Made by a program: the position numbers and the translations under genes
Origin: Heptranchias perlo
Taxonomy: Eukaryota
Direction of reading: 5' to 3'
Assembly: GCF_035084215.1 (NCBI RefSeq)
Contig: NC_090364.1
Span: 4,588,001-4,652,000, forward strand
Length of the DNA: 64,000 nucleotides
In this document: piece by piece, positions 30,301 through 50,999 of the stretch
How the letters are laid out: each line of letters starts with the position of its first letter
Numbering within the stretch: the stretch's first letter is position 1
The notes under the pieces: model-generated
What the model saw: the letters and a program-made list of their open reading frames with translations, nothing else
Database searches by the model: none
What the model was told of the DNA's origin: nothing

Positions 30301-30780
30301 AGCTGACACAAATGGAGATGTTTGTGTGGGTGACATTGCATTCAGTAATCTTCACTCCCTCTCATTCTCGCTGAATATCCTGAATTTTACCAAACAACAT
30401 TTCATGAGAATCAAACATAAAAATGACACATCCCACAATGCTTTGCCCAGTTGATGCCCCCATGCTGCCAATCCTCAGACACACCCATTCTCTATATTAG
30501 AACTGGGGACGATTCACACCATCCATGGGATGGAATTTCCATTTCTCTGTCCAATGGTTGGTTTGCAAATTCACTCAAGACGACTTGATTGCGTTGAATA
30601 TTGTCTCATCATCACTGTTACTTGCAAGTAATAAACTTGACCAGATTATGAAAAGCCACTTCAGTAAAAATGACCAGATTCAGTGAAAATGTCAAATTAT
30701 TATCAAATAATTCAAAGTTGTGATTCTGAGAGATTTAAACAAAGAGGCACTATGAGGGAGGTCAAAGGTCCCAAAAAGAA

Positions 30781-31105
30781 CCAAAGGTGACCATCCACAG
30801 GTACAAGACGGACACGGCCTGTGGGGGCGGTCGCTCCGACTCTCGTCCGCAGCATTCTCTGCGCCCACTTGGCCCTGGAGAAGAGCATTCCGTGTCTGCC
30901 GTTATGGTTGAGGCTTTCCGCGACTGGTGGGAGCAGCAGGGACTGGAGCGAATCCTCGACTCTAACAATAAAGTTATAATTTGATTCTGGTTTTGTTTGA
31001 TATCGTGATAAAGAAAACAAGATGTCCAAAAAAAAATACAGGTGACACTGGGTCTCAAGACAGTTGCACAAGTGTCCTATCTCAGAATTATTTTAGTCCA
31101 AAAAA
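30781..31105 (+). mobile_element. Old Tx1 3' fragment (duplicate of the 10402 insertion)
   Basis: Same site and breakpoints; EAFRDWWEQQGLERILDSNNKVII*. Confidence 0.85.
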
Positions 31106-31393
31106 AAGCAGTGATATCACTGAGACCAATCACCCAAACCAGCCTGTATTCCAAAGCTCTGATTGGCTCTGGGTATCAACCTCTCCTCCACCACGCCCCT
31201 GTCCTTTGTTAATTGGTGCCTGGATTCATGGACGATTACTGATTGGTTATCGGGAATTGTCAATCATCATTGGTGATGTCATTCCTTGCTTCAATGCGGG
31301 CTGTCCCAGTAGTATAAATACAAGAGCTTGTGGGGGAAGAGGGTAGTTGTAGAACTATCTAGGTGATAGTGAAAATATAAAGATATAGTGACA

Positions 31394-33209
<1,816 letters not shown>

Positions 33210-35119
33210 ATTGACTGCAGGGTTATAGCCTATTGTTTATGTCGTCTTGAGACTGCCCATCCTTGACTGAATGATGATTTGTGACTTTGTAGAGAGCTGA
33301 GAGTGCTGGGCTCTTGATGTGGAATGTGGTAGTAACTGTCAATAAACAGTGAACACTGGACTGGTTTTGTTTCCTTGTTAAGAGCTTGAGCTGTTGCTTA
33401 TTTATCAGAAACATAATTTGCTTTACATCTAAGAACAACTACATTATGTGCCTGAGTGCAAACAGCCCAATGAGATGTTTGATCAGGTGAGCAAAAGGTA
33501 GGTTTTAGGAGGGAGGCAGAGATTGAGGGTAAATGCCAAAGCTTAGGACTGAGGTCGCTGTATACAAGTAACTGTTCCCATTGGTGGTGAATATCCTCTC
33601 TCCCCTGTCTGTAAATGTTAACTCTCTACTACCCCTCCCTGCCAATATCAGCTGCTTAACTTTTTTTTCTCTTTTGTTAAACCACAATGCCAGTGAAATA
33701 GTATTGCACCATTTCAGTCCAATAGCCAACCTGTAAGAATGGTATCTGCCCTGGGCATAGCAGTTCACGGTTTGATTAAAAAGTCAAATGCTATAGATCC
33801 TCAGTTAATTTGGGGAGCTCACTAAACCAAAATCATCACTGCTTTAATAGACTTTCTGAAGGTTTGTGAGCAAAGCAGCACATGATGGCTCTAAAGTACC
33901 AGTAATGTTGCAGTTCATTGTGAGCTTCCTGAACTCATGGCATAAAAGGGCTTGATGTGAGTGAGCAATCAACAGCAATTAGTCTCTTGTGTGTATTCTG
34001 GGGGTGGAGAATCTTTTTCCTTTTTTTAAACCCCCTCCACCCCCAATCCTGCCTATTTAAGATCTTCTGTGAACAAGAATTTGGGTGAGGTACTGGAGGG
34101 AGAATTATTCCTCTGGAACTGAATTCAAGCAAAATGTAATCATTCAGGAAGGAGCAAATATTTCCATAAATGCACATCTTAAAACACAGTTAAATATCAC
34201 TAGGTCTCGGTGGGGGGTTAACTTCCAGCACCCCCACTGTTCCATTAATTCATAAACCCAATACAATCAATTCCTTCATGAATTGAACAATTTGCCTTTA
34301 GTTCCATTGTGCATTTCATTCCCAATCCTATTGGTTCTCCATTTGTCTCTTTCACCCCTATGAATGGATTCAAATATCGATGCTGTAATTATCCAGTGTT
34401 TACAAGTGAAGTTTAGGAACTTAGTTGTGAACTGTACTGGCTGTGATGGAATTGCAGTCTTCGGTTATTCCATGTTCATGTCTTTGCTTCTCTTACTTGC
34501 ACTTTTGGGGGATCAATGTCATCCCATTTCATATGTTGCTAAGCCACAATTGTACAAGTGGGTGTGGATTTGTTGATAGGTTTGATGACTTCATATTTCA
34601 GACTAAAAGTCCTCAGCTCACTCTGTGCTGAACCTGGATCTGGATCAGCTGCAAACATTCCCCACACTGAGGTCACAACTGGGCTAATGGGGGTTAACTG
34701 TTTACACATCAAAGCAAAATAAGGTCAATGTTCACCTCACTCTGTGTTGATATGTTTCCTGCAGTCTGATGACAATGAAGAATAGCTCTGGTAGCAGCTT
34801 CCCCTGGTGATGGGCTAGAAAATACATGTTTGTTCTTCTGGAAGAGGAATTTCTGTGTTTACATTCAAAGGGATTGTGTGATGGGGGAAATAGTTTTATT
34901 CCAAGGGAACACATCTCATCACCTAATCCAGGACTGGAAACCTCAACCATTTTGCAATAAAACCAGATGTCAAGACTTTGGATCTCAGAGAAATACCAAT
35001 ATGATGAGCCAGACTGTTGGAGAACATCAGAATCTCATCATTTCAATCAGATTCAAATGCTCTTTAGCCTCACTGAAAGCTGACCATAAAAGGACTCATC
35101 TAATATGCTGGAGGACATA

Positions 35120-35540
35120 GAAAGAAAGAATTGCATTGAAATAGTGTCTTTAATGACCTCAGGACATCCCAAAGTGCTTTACAGCCAATTAAGTACTTTT
35201 GAAGTGTAGTCCCTGTTGTAATGTGGGAAAAGCATCAGCCAATTTGCCCACAGCAAGGTCTCACCAATAGCAATTAAATAATAACCAGATAATCTGTTTT
35301 AATTATGTTGGTTGAGGACTAAATATTAGCACAGACACCACAAAGTACTCCCCTACTCTTGCTCAAAATAGTGCCATGGGATCTTTCACATCTACCAAAG
35401 TGAGTAGACAGGGCCTCAGTTCAATGTCTCCCTCGGTGTTGCACTGAGGTATCAGTCTAGACTTTGTGCTCAAGTTCCTGGAGTGGGACTTGAACCCACA
35501 ACCTTCTGACTCTGAGGTGAGAGTGCTGCCACTGAGTCAC
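35120..35540 (-). mobile_element. DeuSINE, array-unit copy
   Basis: Head, core and tail as at 15110. Confidence 0.7.
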
Positions 35541-36243
35541 AGCTGACACAAATGGAGATGTTTGTGTGGGTGACATTGCATTCAGTAATCTTCACTCCCT
35601 CTCATTCTCGCTGAATATCCTGAATTTTACCAAACAACATTTCATGAGAATCAAAACATCCCAGCATTCTTTGCCCAGTTGATGCCCCCATGCTGCCAAT
35701 CCTCAGACACACCCATTCTCTGTATTAGAACTGGGGACGATTCACACCATCCATGGGATGGAATTTCCATTTCTCTGTCCAATGGTTGGTTTGCAAATTC
35801 ACTCAAGACTACTTCACTGCTTTGAATATTGTCTCAACATCACAATTGCTAAGAAGTAATAAACTTGACCAGATTATGGTGAAAATATCAAATTATTCTC
35901 AAAAATTCAAAGTTATGATTCCATGACATTTCAACAAAGAGACACTTTCAGATTTGAGGAAGGTCAATGAGCCCAAAAGCAGTGACATCACCGAGACTCA
36001 TCACCCAAACCGGCCCCTGTTCCAAAGCTCTGATTGGCTCTGGGTATCAATCCCTCCCCCACACCGCCTCTCCTTTGTTAATTGGTGCCTAGATTCATTG
36101 ACTATTCCTGATTGGCTATTGGGGATTGTCAATCATCATTGGTGATGTCATTGATTACCTCAATGCAGGCTGTCCCAGGAGTATAAATACAAGAGCTTGT
36201 GATGGATGAGGGTAGTTCTGGAACTTTTTGAGTAATAGTAAAG

Positions 36244-38132
<1,889 letters not shown>

Positions 38133-39565
38133 ATTGACTGCAGGGTTATAGCCTATTGTTTAGTATTCCTGTCTTATATATTCTAGTGTGTGAGACCTCC
38201 TACTGAATGATGAATTGTCTGAATTTGTACAGAGCTGAGAGAACTGGGTTCTTGATGTGGCAGTAACTGTAAATAAACAGTTAACATTAGACTAGTTTTT
38301 GTTTCCTTTTTCAAAACTTGAGCTGCTGCTTATTTATCAGTAACACAATTTGCTTTATAACTAACAAGAACTACATTTGGCTGTTTGACACTGAGGCACA
38401 TAATGAGCTATGAGGACAGGTGACCAAAAGGTAGGTTTTAAGAAGGGGAGGAAATGCCAAAGCTTAGGATTGAGGCAGCTGCATACAAGTAACTGTTTCC
38501 ATTAGTGATGAATATACTCTCTCCTGTCCATAAATGTTAATTCTCTCCCCCTCAAAAATATCAGCTGCTGTAACTTTTTTTCTTTTCTGTTGACACCACA
38601 ATGTTAGTGAGTTAGTATTGTACCATTTCAGTGCAATGAACAAGCTGTAACAATGGGATCTGTCCTGGGAATAGCAGTTTGGGTTTTTTAAAAAGTAAAA
38701 TGCTGTCGATTTTCAGTTACTAATGTGGGGGGAGCTCATTAAACCAAACTCATCACTGCTGCTAGAGACTTTCCAGAGGTTTGTGAGTAAAGCAGCACAT
38801 AATGGGTCCACAGCACCACCACTGTCTAAGTTCAATGTGTGAGCCCCTGAACTCATGCAACTAATGGGATTAGACTGGGGTGAGAGGGTGATCAACAACA
38901 ATTGGCCTCTTAGGTGGAAGTGTAGATTCTGAAGGTGGAGAATCTTTGCTTTTTTTCTTTCCTTACTACCACCCCCTCCCCACCTCAAATGCAAAATTCT
39001 GTACCTCTTTTTCTCTCCTCCAACCCCCAATCCTGCCTATTTGAGATCCTCCATGAACAAGAAATTGGATGAGGTACTGGAGGGCGAATAATCCCTCTGG
39101 CACTGAACTCAAGCAAAATGTAATCTTTCTGGAAGCAGCAAATATTTCATTAAAGGCACATCTTTCAACACCAAGTTAACAACGAGTTTTCCAAGGGGGG
39201 GGGGAAACTTCCACCACCCCCGCTGTTCCATTAATTCATAAACCCAATACAATCAACTCCTCCATGAATGTAACAATTTGCCTTTTATCCCATTGTGCAT
39301 TACATTCCAAATACTCACCATCCTTTCCAAATCCTATTGGTTCTCTATTAGTCTCCTTCAAACCTATGAATGGATTCAAATGTTGATGCTGTAGCTGTAA
39401 TTATCCAATGTTTACACGTGAAGTTTAGGAACTTAGTTGTGAACTGCACTGGGTGTGATGGAATTGCAGTCTTCAGTCATTCCACGTTAATGTCTTTGAT
39501 CCCCCAAAAGTGCTTTTTGAGAGAAGCAATGTCACCACATTTCATACGTTGCTGAGCCACAATTG

Positions 39566-39982
39566 GAGTTCAGAAGAATGAGAGGCGATCTTATTGAAAC
39601 ATATAAGATTGTGAAGGGGCTTGATCGGCTGGATGCGGTAAGGATGTTCCCAAGGATGGGTGAAACTAGAACGAGGGGGCATAATCTTAGAATAAGGGGC
39701 TGCTCTTTCAAAACTGAGATGAGGAGAAACTTCTTCACTCAGAGGGTAGTAGGTCTGTGGAATTTGTTGCCTGTGGAAGCTACATCATTAAATAAATTTA
39801 AAACAGAAATAGACAGTTTCCTAGAAGTAAAGGGAATTAGGGTTTACGGGGAGCGGGCAGGAAATTGGACATGAATTTAGATTTGAGGTTAGGATCAGAT
39901 CAGCCATGATCTTATTGAATGGCGGAGCAGGCTCGAGGGGCTGATTGGCCCAGTCCTGCTCCTATTTATTATGTTCTTATGT
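39566..39982 (+). mobile_element. CR1 LINE 3' fragment
   Basis: EFRRMRGDLIETYKIVKGLD...TRGH...RRNFFTQRVVGLWN is a CR1 ORF2 C-terminus; ttatgttcttatgt tail; TSD aattg at 39561-39565 and 39983-39987. Confidence 0.9.
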
Positions 39983-40554
39983 AATTGTACAAGTGGGTGT
40001 GGATTTGTTGATGAGTTTAATGACTTCATATTTCAGATGAAAAGTCTTCAGCTCACTCTGTGCTGAACCTGGATGTGGATCAGCTGCAAACATTCCCCAC
40101 ACTGAGGTCACAACTGGGCTAATGGGGGTTAACTGTTTACACCTCAAAGCAAAATAAGGTCAATGTTCACCTCACTCTGTGCTGATATGTTTCCTACAGT
40201 CTGATTACAATGAAGAATAGCTCTGGTAGCAGCTTCCCCTGGTGATGGGCTAGAAAATACATGTTTGTTCTTCTGGAAGAGGAATTTCTGTGTTTACATT
40301 CAAAGGGATTGTGTGATGGGGAAACAGTTTTATTCCAAGGGAACCCATCTTATCACTTCATCCAGGACTGAAAATCTCAACTATTTTCAATAAAACCAGA
40401 TGTCAAGACTTTGGATCTCAAAAAGAAATACCAATGTGATGAGCCAGACTGTTGGAGCACATCAGAGTCTCATCATTTCAATTAGATTCAAATATTCTTT
40501 AGCCTCATTGAAAGCTGATCATAAAAGGACTCATCCAACATGCCAGAGGACACA

Positions 40555-40975
40555 AAGAAAGAATTGTATTGATATAGTGACATTCATGACCTCAGGACAT
40601 CCCAAAGTGCTTTACAGACAATTAAGTACTTTTGAAGTGTAGTCCCTGTTGTAATGTGGGAAAAGCATCGGCCAATTTGCCCACAGCAAGGTCCCACCAA
40701 TAGCAATTAAATAATAACTAGATAATCTGCTTAAATTACGTTGGCTGAGGAATAAATATTCGGAAGGACACCACAAACCACTCCCCTACTCTTGCTCGAA
40801 GTAGTGCCATGGGATCCTTTACATCCACCAAAGTGAGCAGACAGGTCCTCAGTTTAATGTCTCCCTCGGTGTTGCACTGAGGTATCAGTCTAGACTTTGT
40901 GCTCAATTCCCTGGAGTGGGACTTGAACCCACAACCTTCTGACTCTGAGGTGAGAGTGCTACCACTGAGCCACAG
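40555..40975 (-). mobile_element. DeuSINE, array-unit copy
   Basis: Head, core and tail as at 15110. Confidence 0.7.
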
Positions 40976-41433
40976 CTGACACAAATGGAGATGTTTGTGT
41001 GGGTGACATTGCATTCAGTAATCTTCACTCCCTCTCATTCTCGCTGAATATCCTGAATTTTACCAAACAACATTTCATGAGAATCAAAACTAAAAATGAC
41101 ACATCCCACAATGCTTTGCCCAGTTGATGCCCCCATGCTGCCAATCCTCAGACACACCCATTCTCTATATTAGAACTGGGGACGATTCACACCATCCATG
41201 GGATGGAATTTCCATTTCTCTGTCCAAGATTTGGTTTGCAAATTCACTCAAGACGACTTGATTGCGTTGAATATTGTCTCATCATCACTGTTACTTGCAA
41301 GTAATAAACTTGACCAGATTATGAAAAGCCACTTCAGTGAAAATATCAAATTATTATCAAATAATTCAAAGTTGTGATTCTGAGAGATTTATACAAAGAG
41401 GCACTATGAGGGAGGTCAAAGAACCCAAAAAGC

Positions 41434-41762
41434 ACCAAAGGTGACCATCCACAGGTACAAGACGGACACGGCCTGCGGGGGCGGTCGCTCCGACTCTCGT
41501 CCGCAGCATTCTCTGCGCCCACTTGGCCCTGGAGAAGAGCATTCCGTGTCTGCCGTTATGGTTGAGGCTTTCCGCGACTGGTGGGAGCAGCAGGGACTGG
41601 AGCGAATCCTCGACTTTAACAATAAAGTTATAATTTGATTCTGGTTTTGTTTGATATCGTGATAAAGAAATCAAGATGCCTAAAAAAAAATACAGGTGAC
41701 ACTGGGTCTCAAGACAGTTACACAAGTGTCCCATCTTAGAATTATTTTAGTCCAAAAAAAAA
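41434..41762 (+). mobile_element. Old Tx1 3' fragment (duplicate of the 10402/30781 insertion)
   Basis: Near-identical to 30781-31105. Confidence 0.85.
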
Positions 41763-42043
41763 GATATCACCGAGACCAATCACCCAAACCAGCCTGTATT
41801 CCAAAGCTCTGATTGGCTCTGGGTATCAACCTCTCCTCCACCACACCCCTGTCCTTTGTTAATTGGTGCTTGGATTCATGGACGATTCCTGAGTGGTTAT
41901 CGGGAATTGTCAATCATCATTGGTGATGTCATTCCTTGCTTCAATGCGGGCTGTCCCAGTAGTATAAATACAGGAGCTTGGGCTGGAAGAGGGTAGTTGT
42001 AGAATTATCTAGGTGATAGTGAAAATATAAAGATATAGTAAAG

Positions 42044-44242
<2,199 letters not shown>

Positions 44243-46184
44243 ACTGACTTCAGGGGTATAGCCTATTGTTTATATTGACTTGAGACTACCCATCCTCTAC
44301 TGAATGATGATTTGTGTAACTTTGTATAGAGCTGAGCGTGCTGGGCTCTTGAGGTGGAATGTGGTAGTAAATGTAAATAAACAGTGAACACTGAACTGGT
44401 TTTGTCTCCTTGTTTAAAATCTTGAGCTGTTGCTTAGATATCAATAACATAATTTGCTTTACATCTTAGAACAACTACATTATGTGCCTGAGTGCAAACA
44501 GCCCAATGAGATGTTAGATCAGGTGAGAAAAAGATAGGTTTTACGAGGAAGAGGTTGAGAGGAAATGCCAAAGCTTAGGACTGAGGCAGCTGTATACAAG
44601 TAACTGTTCCCATTGGTGATGAATATCCTCTCTCCTGTGTCCACAAATGTTAACTCTCTACCACCACCACCCCCCCCCCCCCTGCCAATATCAGCTGCTT
44701 ACCTTTTTTTTTCTGTTTTGTTAAACCACAATGCCAGTGAAATAGTACTGTATCATTTCAGTCCAATAACCAACCTGTAAGAATGGTATCTGCACTGGGA
44801 ATAGCAGTTCACGGTTTGCTTAAGAAGTCAAATACTATAGATCCTCAGTTACTATGGGGAGATCTAAACCAAACTCATCACTGCTGCTATAGACTTTCTG
44901 AAGGTTTGTGAGCAAAGCAGCACATGATGGCACTATAGTACCAGCAATGTCGCAGTTCATTGTGAGCTCCCTGAACTCATGGCATGAAGGGGCTTGATGT
45001 GAGTGAGCAATCAACAGCATTAAGCCTCTTGTGTGTAGGTGGGGGGTGGAGAATCTTTTTCCTTTATTTAATCCCCCCTCCACCCCCCCCAAACCAATCT
45101 ATTTAAGATCTTCCATGAACAAGCATCTGGGGGAGGTACTGGAGGGAGAATTATTCCTCTGGAACTGAATTCAAGCAAAATGTAATCGTTCAGGAAGGAG
45201 CAAATATTTCATTAAATGCACATCTTAAAACACACAGTTAAATATCACTAGTTCTCATAGGGGGGTTAACTTCCACCACCCCCACTGTTCCATTACTTCA
45301 TAAACCCAATACAATCAACTCCTCGACTTGCACAATGGAACTAAAGGAAAATTGTTAATTTCATTCCAAATACTCACCATTGTTTCCAAATCCTATTGGT
45401 TCTCCATTTGTCTCGTTCACCCCTATGAATGGATTCAAATATAGATGTTGTAATTATCCAGTGTTTACAAGTGAAGTTTAGGAACTTAGTTGTGAACTGC
45501 ACTGGGTGCAATGGAATTGCAGTCTTCATCATTCCATGTTAATGTCTTTGCTTCTCTCACTTGCACTTTTGGGGAATCAATGTCACCACATTTCAGATGT
45601 TGTTCAGCCACAATTGTACAAGTGGGTGTGGATTTGTTGATGGGTTTGATGACTTCATATTTCTGCTAAAAAGTCTTCTGCTCACTCTGTGCTGAACCTG
45701 GATGTGGATCAGCTGCAAACATTCCCCACACTGAGGTCACAACTGGGCTAATGGGGGTTAACTGTTTACACCTCAAAGCAAAATAAGGTCAATGTTCACC
45801 TCACTCTGTGTTGATACGTTTCCTACAGTCTGATTACAATGAAGAATAGCTCTGGTAGCAGCTTCCCCTGGTGATGGGCTAGAAAATACATGTTTGTTCT
45901 TCTGGAAGAGGAATTTCTGTGTTTACATTCAAAGGGATTGTGTGATGTGGGAAATAGTTTTATTCCAAGGGAACACATCTCATCACCTAATCCAGGACTG
46001 AAAACCTCAACCATTTTGCAATAAAACCAGATGTCAAGACTTTGGATCTCAGAGAAATACCAATGTGATGAGCCAGACTGTTAGAGAACATCAGAATCTC
46101 ATCATTTCAATCAGATTCAAATACTCTTTAGCCTCATTGAAAGCTGATCATAAAAGGACTCATCTAATATGCTAGAGGACATTG

Positions 46185-46605
46185 AAAGAAAGAGTTGTAT
46201 TGATATAGTGTCTTTAATGACCTCAGGACATCCCAAAGTGCTTTACAGCCAATTAAGTACTTTTGAAGTGTAGTCCCTGTTGTAATGTGGGAAAAGCATC
46301 GGCCAATTTGCCCACAGCAAGGTCCCACAAACAGCAATGAAATAATGACTAGATAATCTGTTTTAATTATGTTGGTTGAGGACTAAATATTAGCACGGAC
46401 ACCACAAAGTACTCCCCTACTCTTGCTCAAAATAGTGCCGTGGGATCTTTTACATCCACCAAAGTGAGCAGACAGGTCCTCGGTTTAACGTCTCCCTCGG
46501 TGTTGCACTGAAGTATCAGTCTGGACTTTGTGCTCAAGTTCCTGGAGTGGGATTTGAACCCACAACCTTCTGACTCTGAGGTGAGAGTGCTGCCACTGAG
46601 CCACA
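46185..46605 (-). mobile_element. DeuSINE, array-unit copy
   Basis: Head, core and tail as at 15110. Confidence 0.7.
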
Positions 46606-46984
46606 GCTGACACAAATGGAGATGTTTGTGTGGGTGACATTGCATTCAGTAATCTTCACTCCCTCTCATTCTCGCTGAATATCCTGAATTTTACCAAACA
46701 ACATTTCATGAGAATCAAAACATCCCAGCATTCTTTGCCCAGTTGATGCCCCCATGCTGCCAATCCTCAGACACACCCATTCTCTATATTAGAACTGGGG
46801 ACGATTCACACCATCCATGGGATGGAATTTCCATTTCTCTGTCCAATGGTTGGTTTGCAAATTCACACAAGACTACTTGATTCCTTTGAATATTGTCTCA
46901 ACATCACAATTGCTCACAAATAATAAACTTGACCAGATTATGAAAAGCCACTTCAGTGAAAATATCAAATTATTCTCAAATAAT

Positions 46985-47005
46985 TCAAAGTTATGCAATG
47001 CAATG
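46985..47005. other. Array orientation switch (inversion breakpoint)
   Basis: + oriented promoter-upstream sequence ends at aattcaaagttatg. It is followed by caatgcaatgtcatccacacaaaca, the reverse complement of ~46620-46646. All array units to the right are on the - strand. Confidence 0.88.
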
Positions 47006-47037
47006 TCATCCACACAAACATCCCTATTTGTGTCAGC

Positions 47038-47372
47038 TGTGGCTCAGTGGTAGCACTCTCACTGAGGGTTCAAGTCCCAATCCAAAGACTTGAGGACAAA
47101 ATCTAGGCTGACTGACAGAGTGCTGCAGTTTCGGAGATAGAGTCTTTCATTAAACAGAGACCCATTCTGCTCTCTCAGGTGGACATAAAAGATCCCTAAG
47201 CACTATTTTGAGAAAGAGCAGGGGAGTTCTCCCCAGTGTCCTGGCCAATCTTTATCCCTCAAACAACATCACTAAAACAGATTATCTGGTCTTTATTTCA
47301 TTGTTGTGTGTGGGATCTTCCTGTGGGCAAATTCACATCAACATTACAACACTTCAAAAGTACTTCATTGGC
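47038..47372 (+). mobile_element. DeuSINE in inverted array unit (divergent variant)
   Basis: gtggctcagtggtagcactctc...gggttcaagtccc head and Deu core; shares variants with 54639-54990. Confidence 0.7.
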
Positions 47373-47726
47373 CGCGCTTCTTTGTGGTCAGACTGTAGGA
47401 AACGTATCAGCACGGAGTGGGGTGAACTTTGATCGAATATTTTTTGAGGTGTAAACAGTTAACCCCCATTAGCCCAGTTGTGACCTCAGTGTGGGGAATG
47501 TTTGCAGCTGATCCACATCCAGGTTCAGCACAGAGTGAGCTGAAGACTTTTTGTCTGAAATATGAAGTCATCAAACCCATCAACAAATCCACACCCACTC
47601 GTACAATTGTGGCTCAGCAACGTATGAAATGTGGTGATATTGATCCCCCAAAAGTACTTTTAAGAGAAGCAAAGACATTAACATGGAATGACTGAAGACT
47701 GCAATTTCATCACACCCAGTCCAGTT

Positions 47727-50133
47727 ATTTGTTATTCATTCATGGGATGTGGGTGTCGCTGGCGAGGCCAGCATTTATTGCCCATCCCTAATTGCCCTTG
47801 AGAAGGTGGTGGCGAGCCGCCTTCTTGAACCGCTGCAGTCCGTGTGGTGAAGGTTCTCCCACAGTGCTGTTAGGAAGGGAGTTCCAGGATTTTGACCCAG
47901 CGACGATGGAGGAACGGCGATATATTTCCAAGTCGGGATGGTGTGTGACTTGGAGGGGAATGTGTAGGTGGTGTTGTTCCCATGTGCCTGCTGCCCTTGT
48001 CCTTCTAGGTGGTAGAGGTCGCGGGTTTGGGAGGTGCTGTCGAAGAAGCCTTGGCGAGTTGCTGCAGTGCATCCTGTGGATAGTACACACTGCAGCCACT
48101 GTGCACCGGTGGTGAAGGGAGTGAATGTTGAGGGTAGTGGATAGGGTGCCAATCAAGCGGGCTGCTTTGTCCTGGATGGTGCCAAGCTTCCTGAGTGTTG
48201 TTGGAGCTGCACTCATCCAGGCAAGTGGAGAGTATTCCATCACACTCCTGACTTGTGCCTTGTCGATGGTGGAAAGGCTTTGGGGAGTCAGGTGGTGAGT
48301 CACTCGCCGCAGAATACCCAGCCTCTGACCTGCTCTTGTAGCCACAGTATTTATATGGCTGGTTCTGTTCAGTTTCTGGTCAATGGTGACTCCCAGGATG
48401 TTGATGGTGGGGGATTCGGCGATGGTAATGCCGTTGAATGTCAAGGGGAGGTGGTTAGACTCTCTCTTGTTGGAGATGGTCATTGCCTGGCATTTGTGTG
48501 GCGTGAATGTTACTTGCCACTTATCAGCCCAAGCCTGGATGTTGTCCAGGTCTTGCTGCATGCGGGCTCAGACTGCTTCATTATCTGAGGGGTTGCGAAT
48601 GGAACTGAACACTGTGCAATCATCAGCGAACATCCCCATTTCTGACCTTATGTTGGAGGGAAGGTCATTCATGAAGCAGCTGAAGATGGTTGGGCCTCGG
48701 ACACTGCCCTGAGGAACTCCTGCAGCAATGTCCTGGGGCTGAGATGTTTGGCCTCCGACAACCACTACCATCTTCCTTTGTGCTAGGTATGACTCCAGCC
48801 ACTGGAGAGTTTTCCCCCTGATTCCCATTGATTTCAATTTTACTAGGGCTGCTTGGTGCCACACTCGGTAAAATGCTGCCTTGATGTCAAGGGCAGTAAC
48901 TCTCACCTCACCTCTGGAATTCAGCTCTTTTGTCCATGTTTGGACCAAGGCTGTAATGAGGTCTGGAGCCGAGTGGTCCTGGCGGAAACCAAACTGAGCA
49001 TCGGTGAGCAGGTTATTGGTGAGTAAGTGCCGCTTGATAGCACTGTCGCGACACCTTCCATCACTTTGCTGATGATTGAGAGTAGACTGATGGGGCGGTA
49101 ATTGGCCAGATTGGATTTGTCCTGCTTTTTGTGGACAGGACATACCTGGGCAATTTTCCACATTGTCAGGTAGATACCAGTATTGTAGCTGTACTGGAAC
49201 AACTTGGCTAGGGGCGCAGCTAGTTCTGGAGCACAAGTCTTCAGCACTACAGCCAGGATGTTGTCGGGCCCATAGCCTTTGCTGTATCCAGTGCACTCAG
49301 CCGTTTCTTGATGTCACGTGGAGTGAATTGAATTGGCTGAAGACTGGCTTCTGTGATGGTGCGGATATCTGGAGGAGGCCGAGATAGATCTTCCACTCAG
49401 CACTTCTCGCTGCAGATGGTTGCAAATGCTTCAGCCCTGTCTTTTACACTCACGTGCTGGACTCCGCCATCATTGAGGATGGGGATGTTTGCAGAGCCTC
49501 CTGCTCCCGTCAGTTGTTTAATTGTCCACCACCATTCACGACTGGATGTGGCAGGACTGCAGAGCTTTGATCTGATCTGTTGGTTGTGGAATCGCTTAGC
49601 TCTGTCTACAGCATGTTGCTTCCGCTGTTCAACATGCATGTAGTCCTGAGTTGTAGCTTCACCAGGTTGGCACCTAATTTTAAGTTATGCCTGGTGCTGC
49701 TCCTGGCTTGCTCTTCCATGCTCCTCATTGAACCAGGGTTGATCCCCTGGCTTGTTGGTAATGGTAGAGTGAGGAATATGCCGGGCCATGAGATTACAGA
49801 TTGTGCTGGAATACAATTCTGTTGCTGCTGATGGCCCACAGCGCCTCATGGATGCCCAGTTTTGAGCTGCTAGATCTGTTCTGAATCCATCCCATTTAGC
49901 ATGATGATAATGCCACACAACACGTTGGATGATGTAATCAGTGCGAAGACGGGACTTTGTCTCCACGAGGACAGTGCGGCGGTCACTCCTACCAATACTA
50001 TCATGGAAAGATGCATCTGCGACAGGTAGATTGGTGAGGACGAGGTCAAGTAGGTTTTTGCTTTGTGTTGGTTGGCTCACCACCTGCTGCAGACCCATTC
50101 TGGCAGCTATATCCTTCAGGGCTCGGTCAGTAG
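47727..50133 (-). mobile_element. 5'-truncated CR1/L2-group LINE (same family as 3505-4947), degraded ORF2
   Basis: ORFs 49685-50098 (endonuclease end, LDLVLTN...SD), 48921-49247, 48568-49296 (FADD) and 47788-48561, with several frameshifts and stops. Confidence 0.9.
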
Positions 50134-50999
50134 TGTGGTGGGAGAGTGTCAGAATATCTATTTAACATGGTTTAAATTATTTACTTCCAGAAGGATTACA
50201 TTTCGCTGGAGTACAGTCCCACAGGTATTACTCTCCCTTGAGTACCTTACCCAATGGCTTAATCATGGGGGGTGGTGGTAGTAGAAAGTGAGTTAATAGA
50301 ACCAAGGTCAATCCTCTCCCCCCTGGGAAACCATACTTTCCCCATAGAGGTCAGTGGATAGTCAGCAAATGTGCCAATTCGGTTGATTTTAACCGGTACC
50401 CCCCTCCACACTGAATTGCAGTCCCCCTAGTGCCAGGCGTTCACACAATGCTGGTCTGTATAGCAGTTATGTGCTGCTTTACCACACAGCTTGCCCAACC
50501 ATCTACAGCAGCAAAGATGAGTTTGGTTTAGTGAGCTCCGCCCCTGTGTCCCACAATAATAACTGAATGAGAACTGTAGCAGTTTAGTTTTTATAAAAAA
50601 CCTGGCTATCTCATCCCAGGGCAGATGCCTTCTGTAAATAGGATTGTTCATTGGACTGAAATTATTAACACCAGCTCACTTCCCTGCTGTTTTAAACAGG
50701 GGAAAAAGTGTTACAGCAGCTGCTATGTTGTTGCACTGAGGGGTTAAAGAGAGTTGCCATTTTCACCAGGAGAATATTCATCACCAGTGGTAACAGTAAC
50801 TTGTGCTGCAGCATTGCTCTTCACTGCTGGTTTGAAATTAACAAATACAATTTGTATTCAAGGTAAACACAGAATTGAAATTAGATCTTCAACATGTGGC
50901 CCTGAACATCCAAGTCAATAAATTAGAATTACTCCAGAAGGGGATTAAAAAAAATTTACAGGTCTCAATCCCAGGCTAAAGTTATGCCACAGTATAGTA

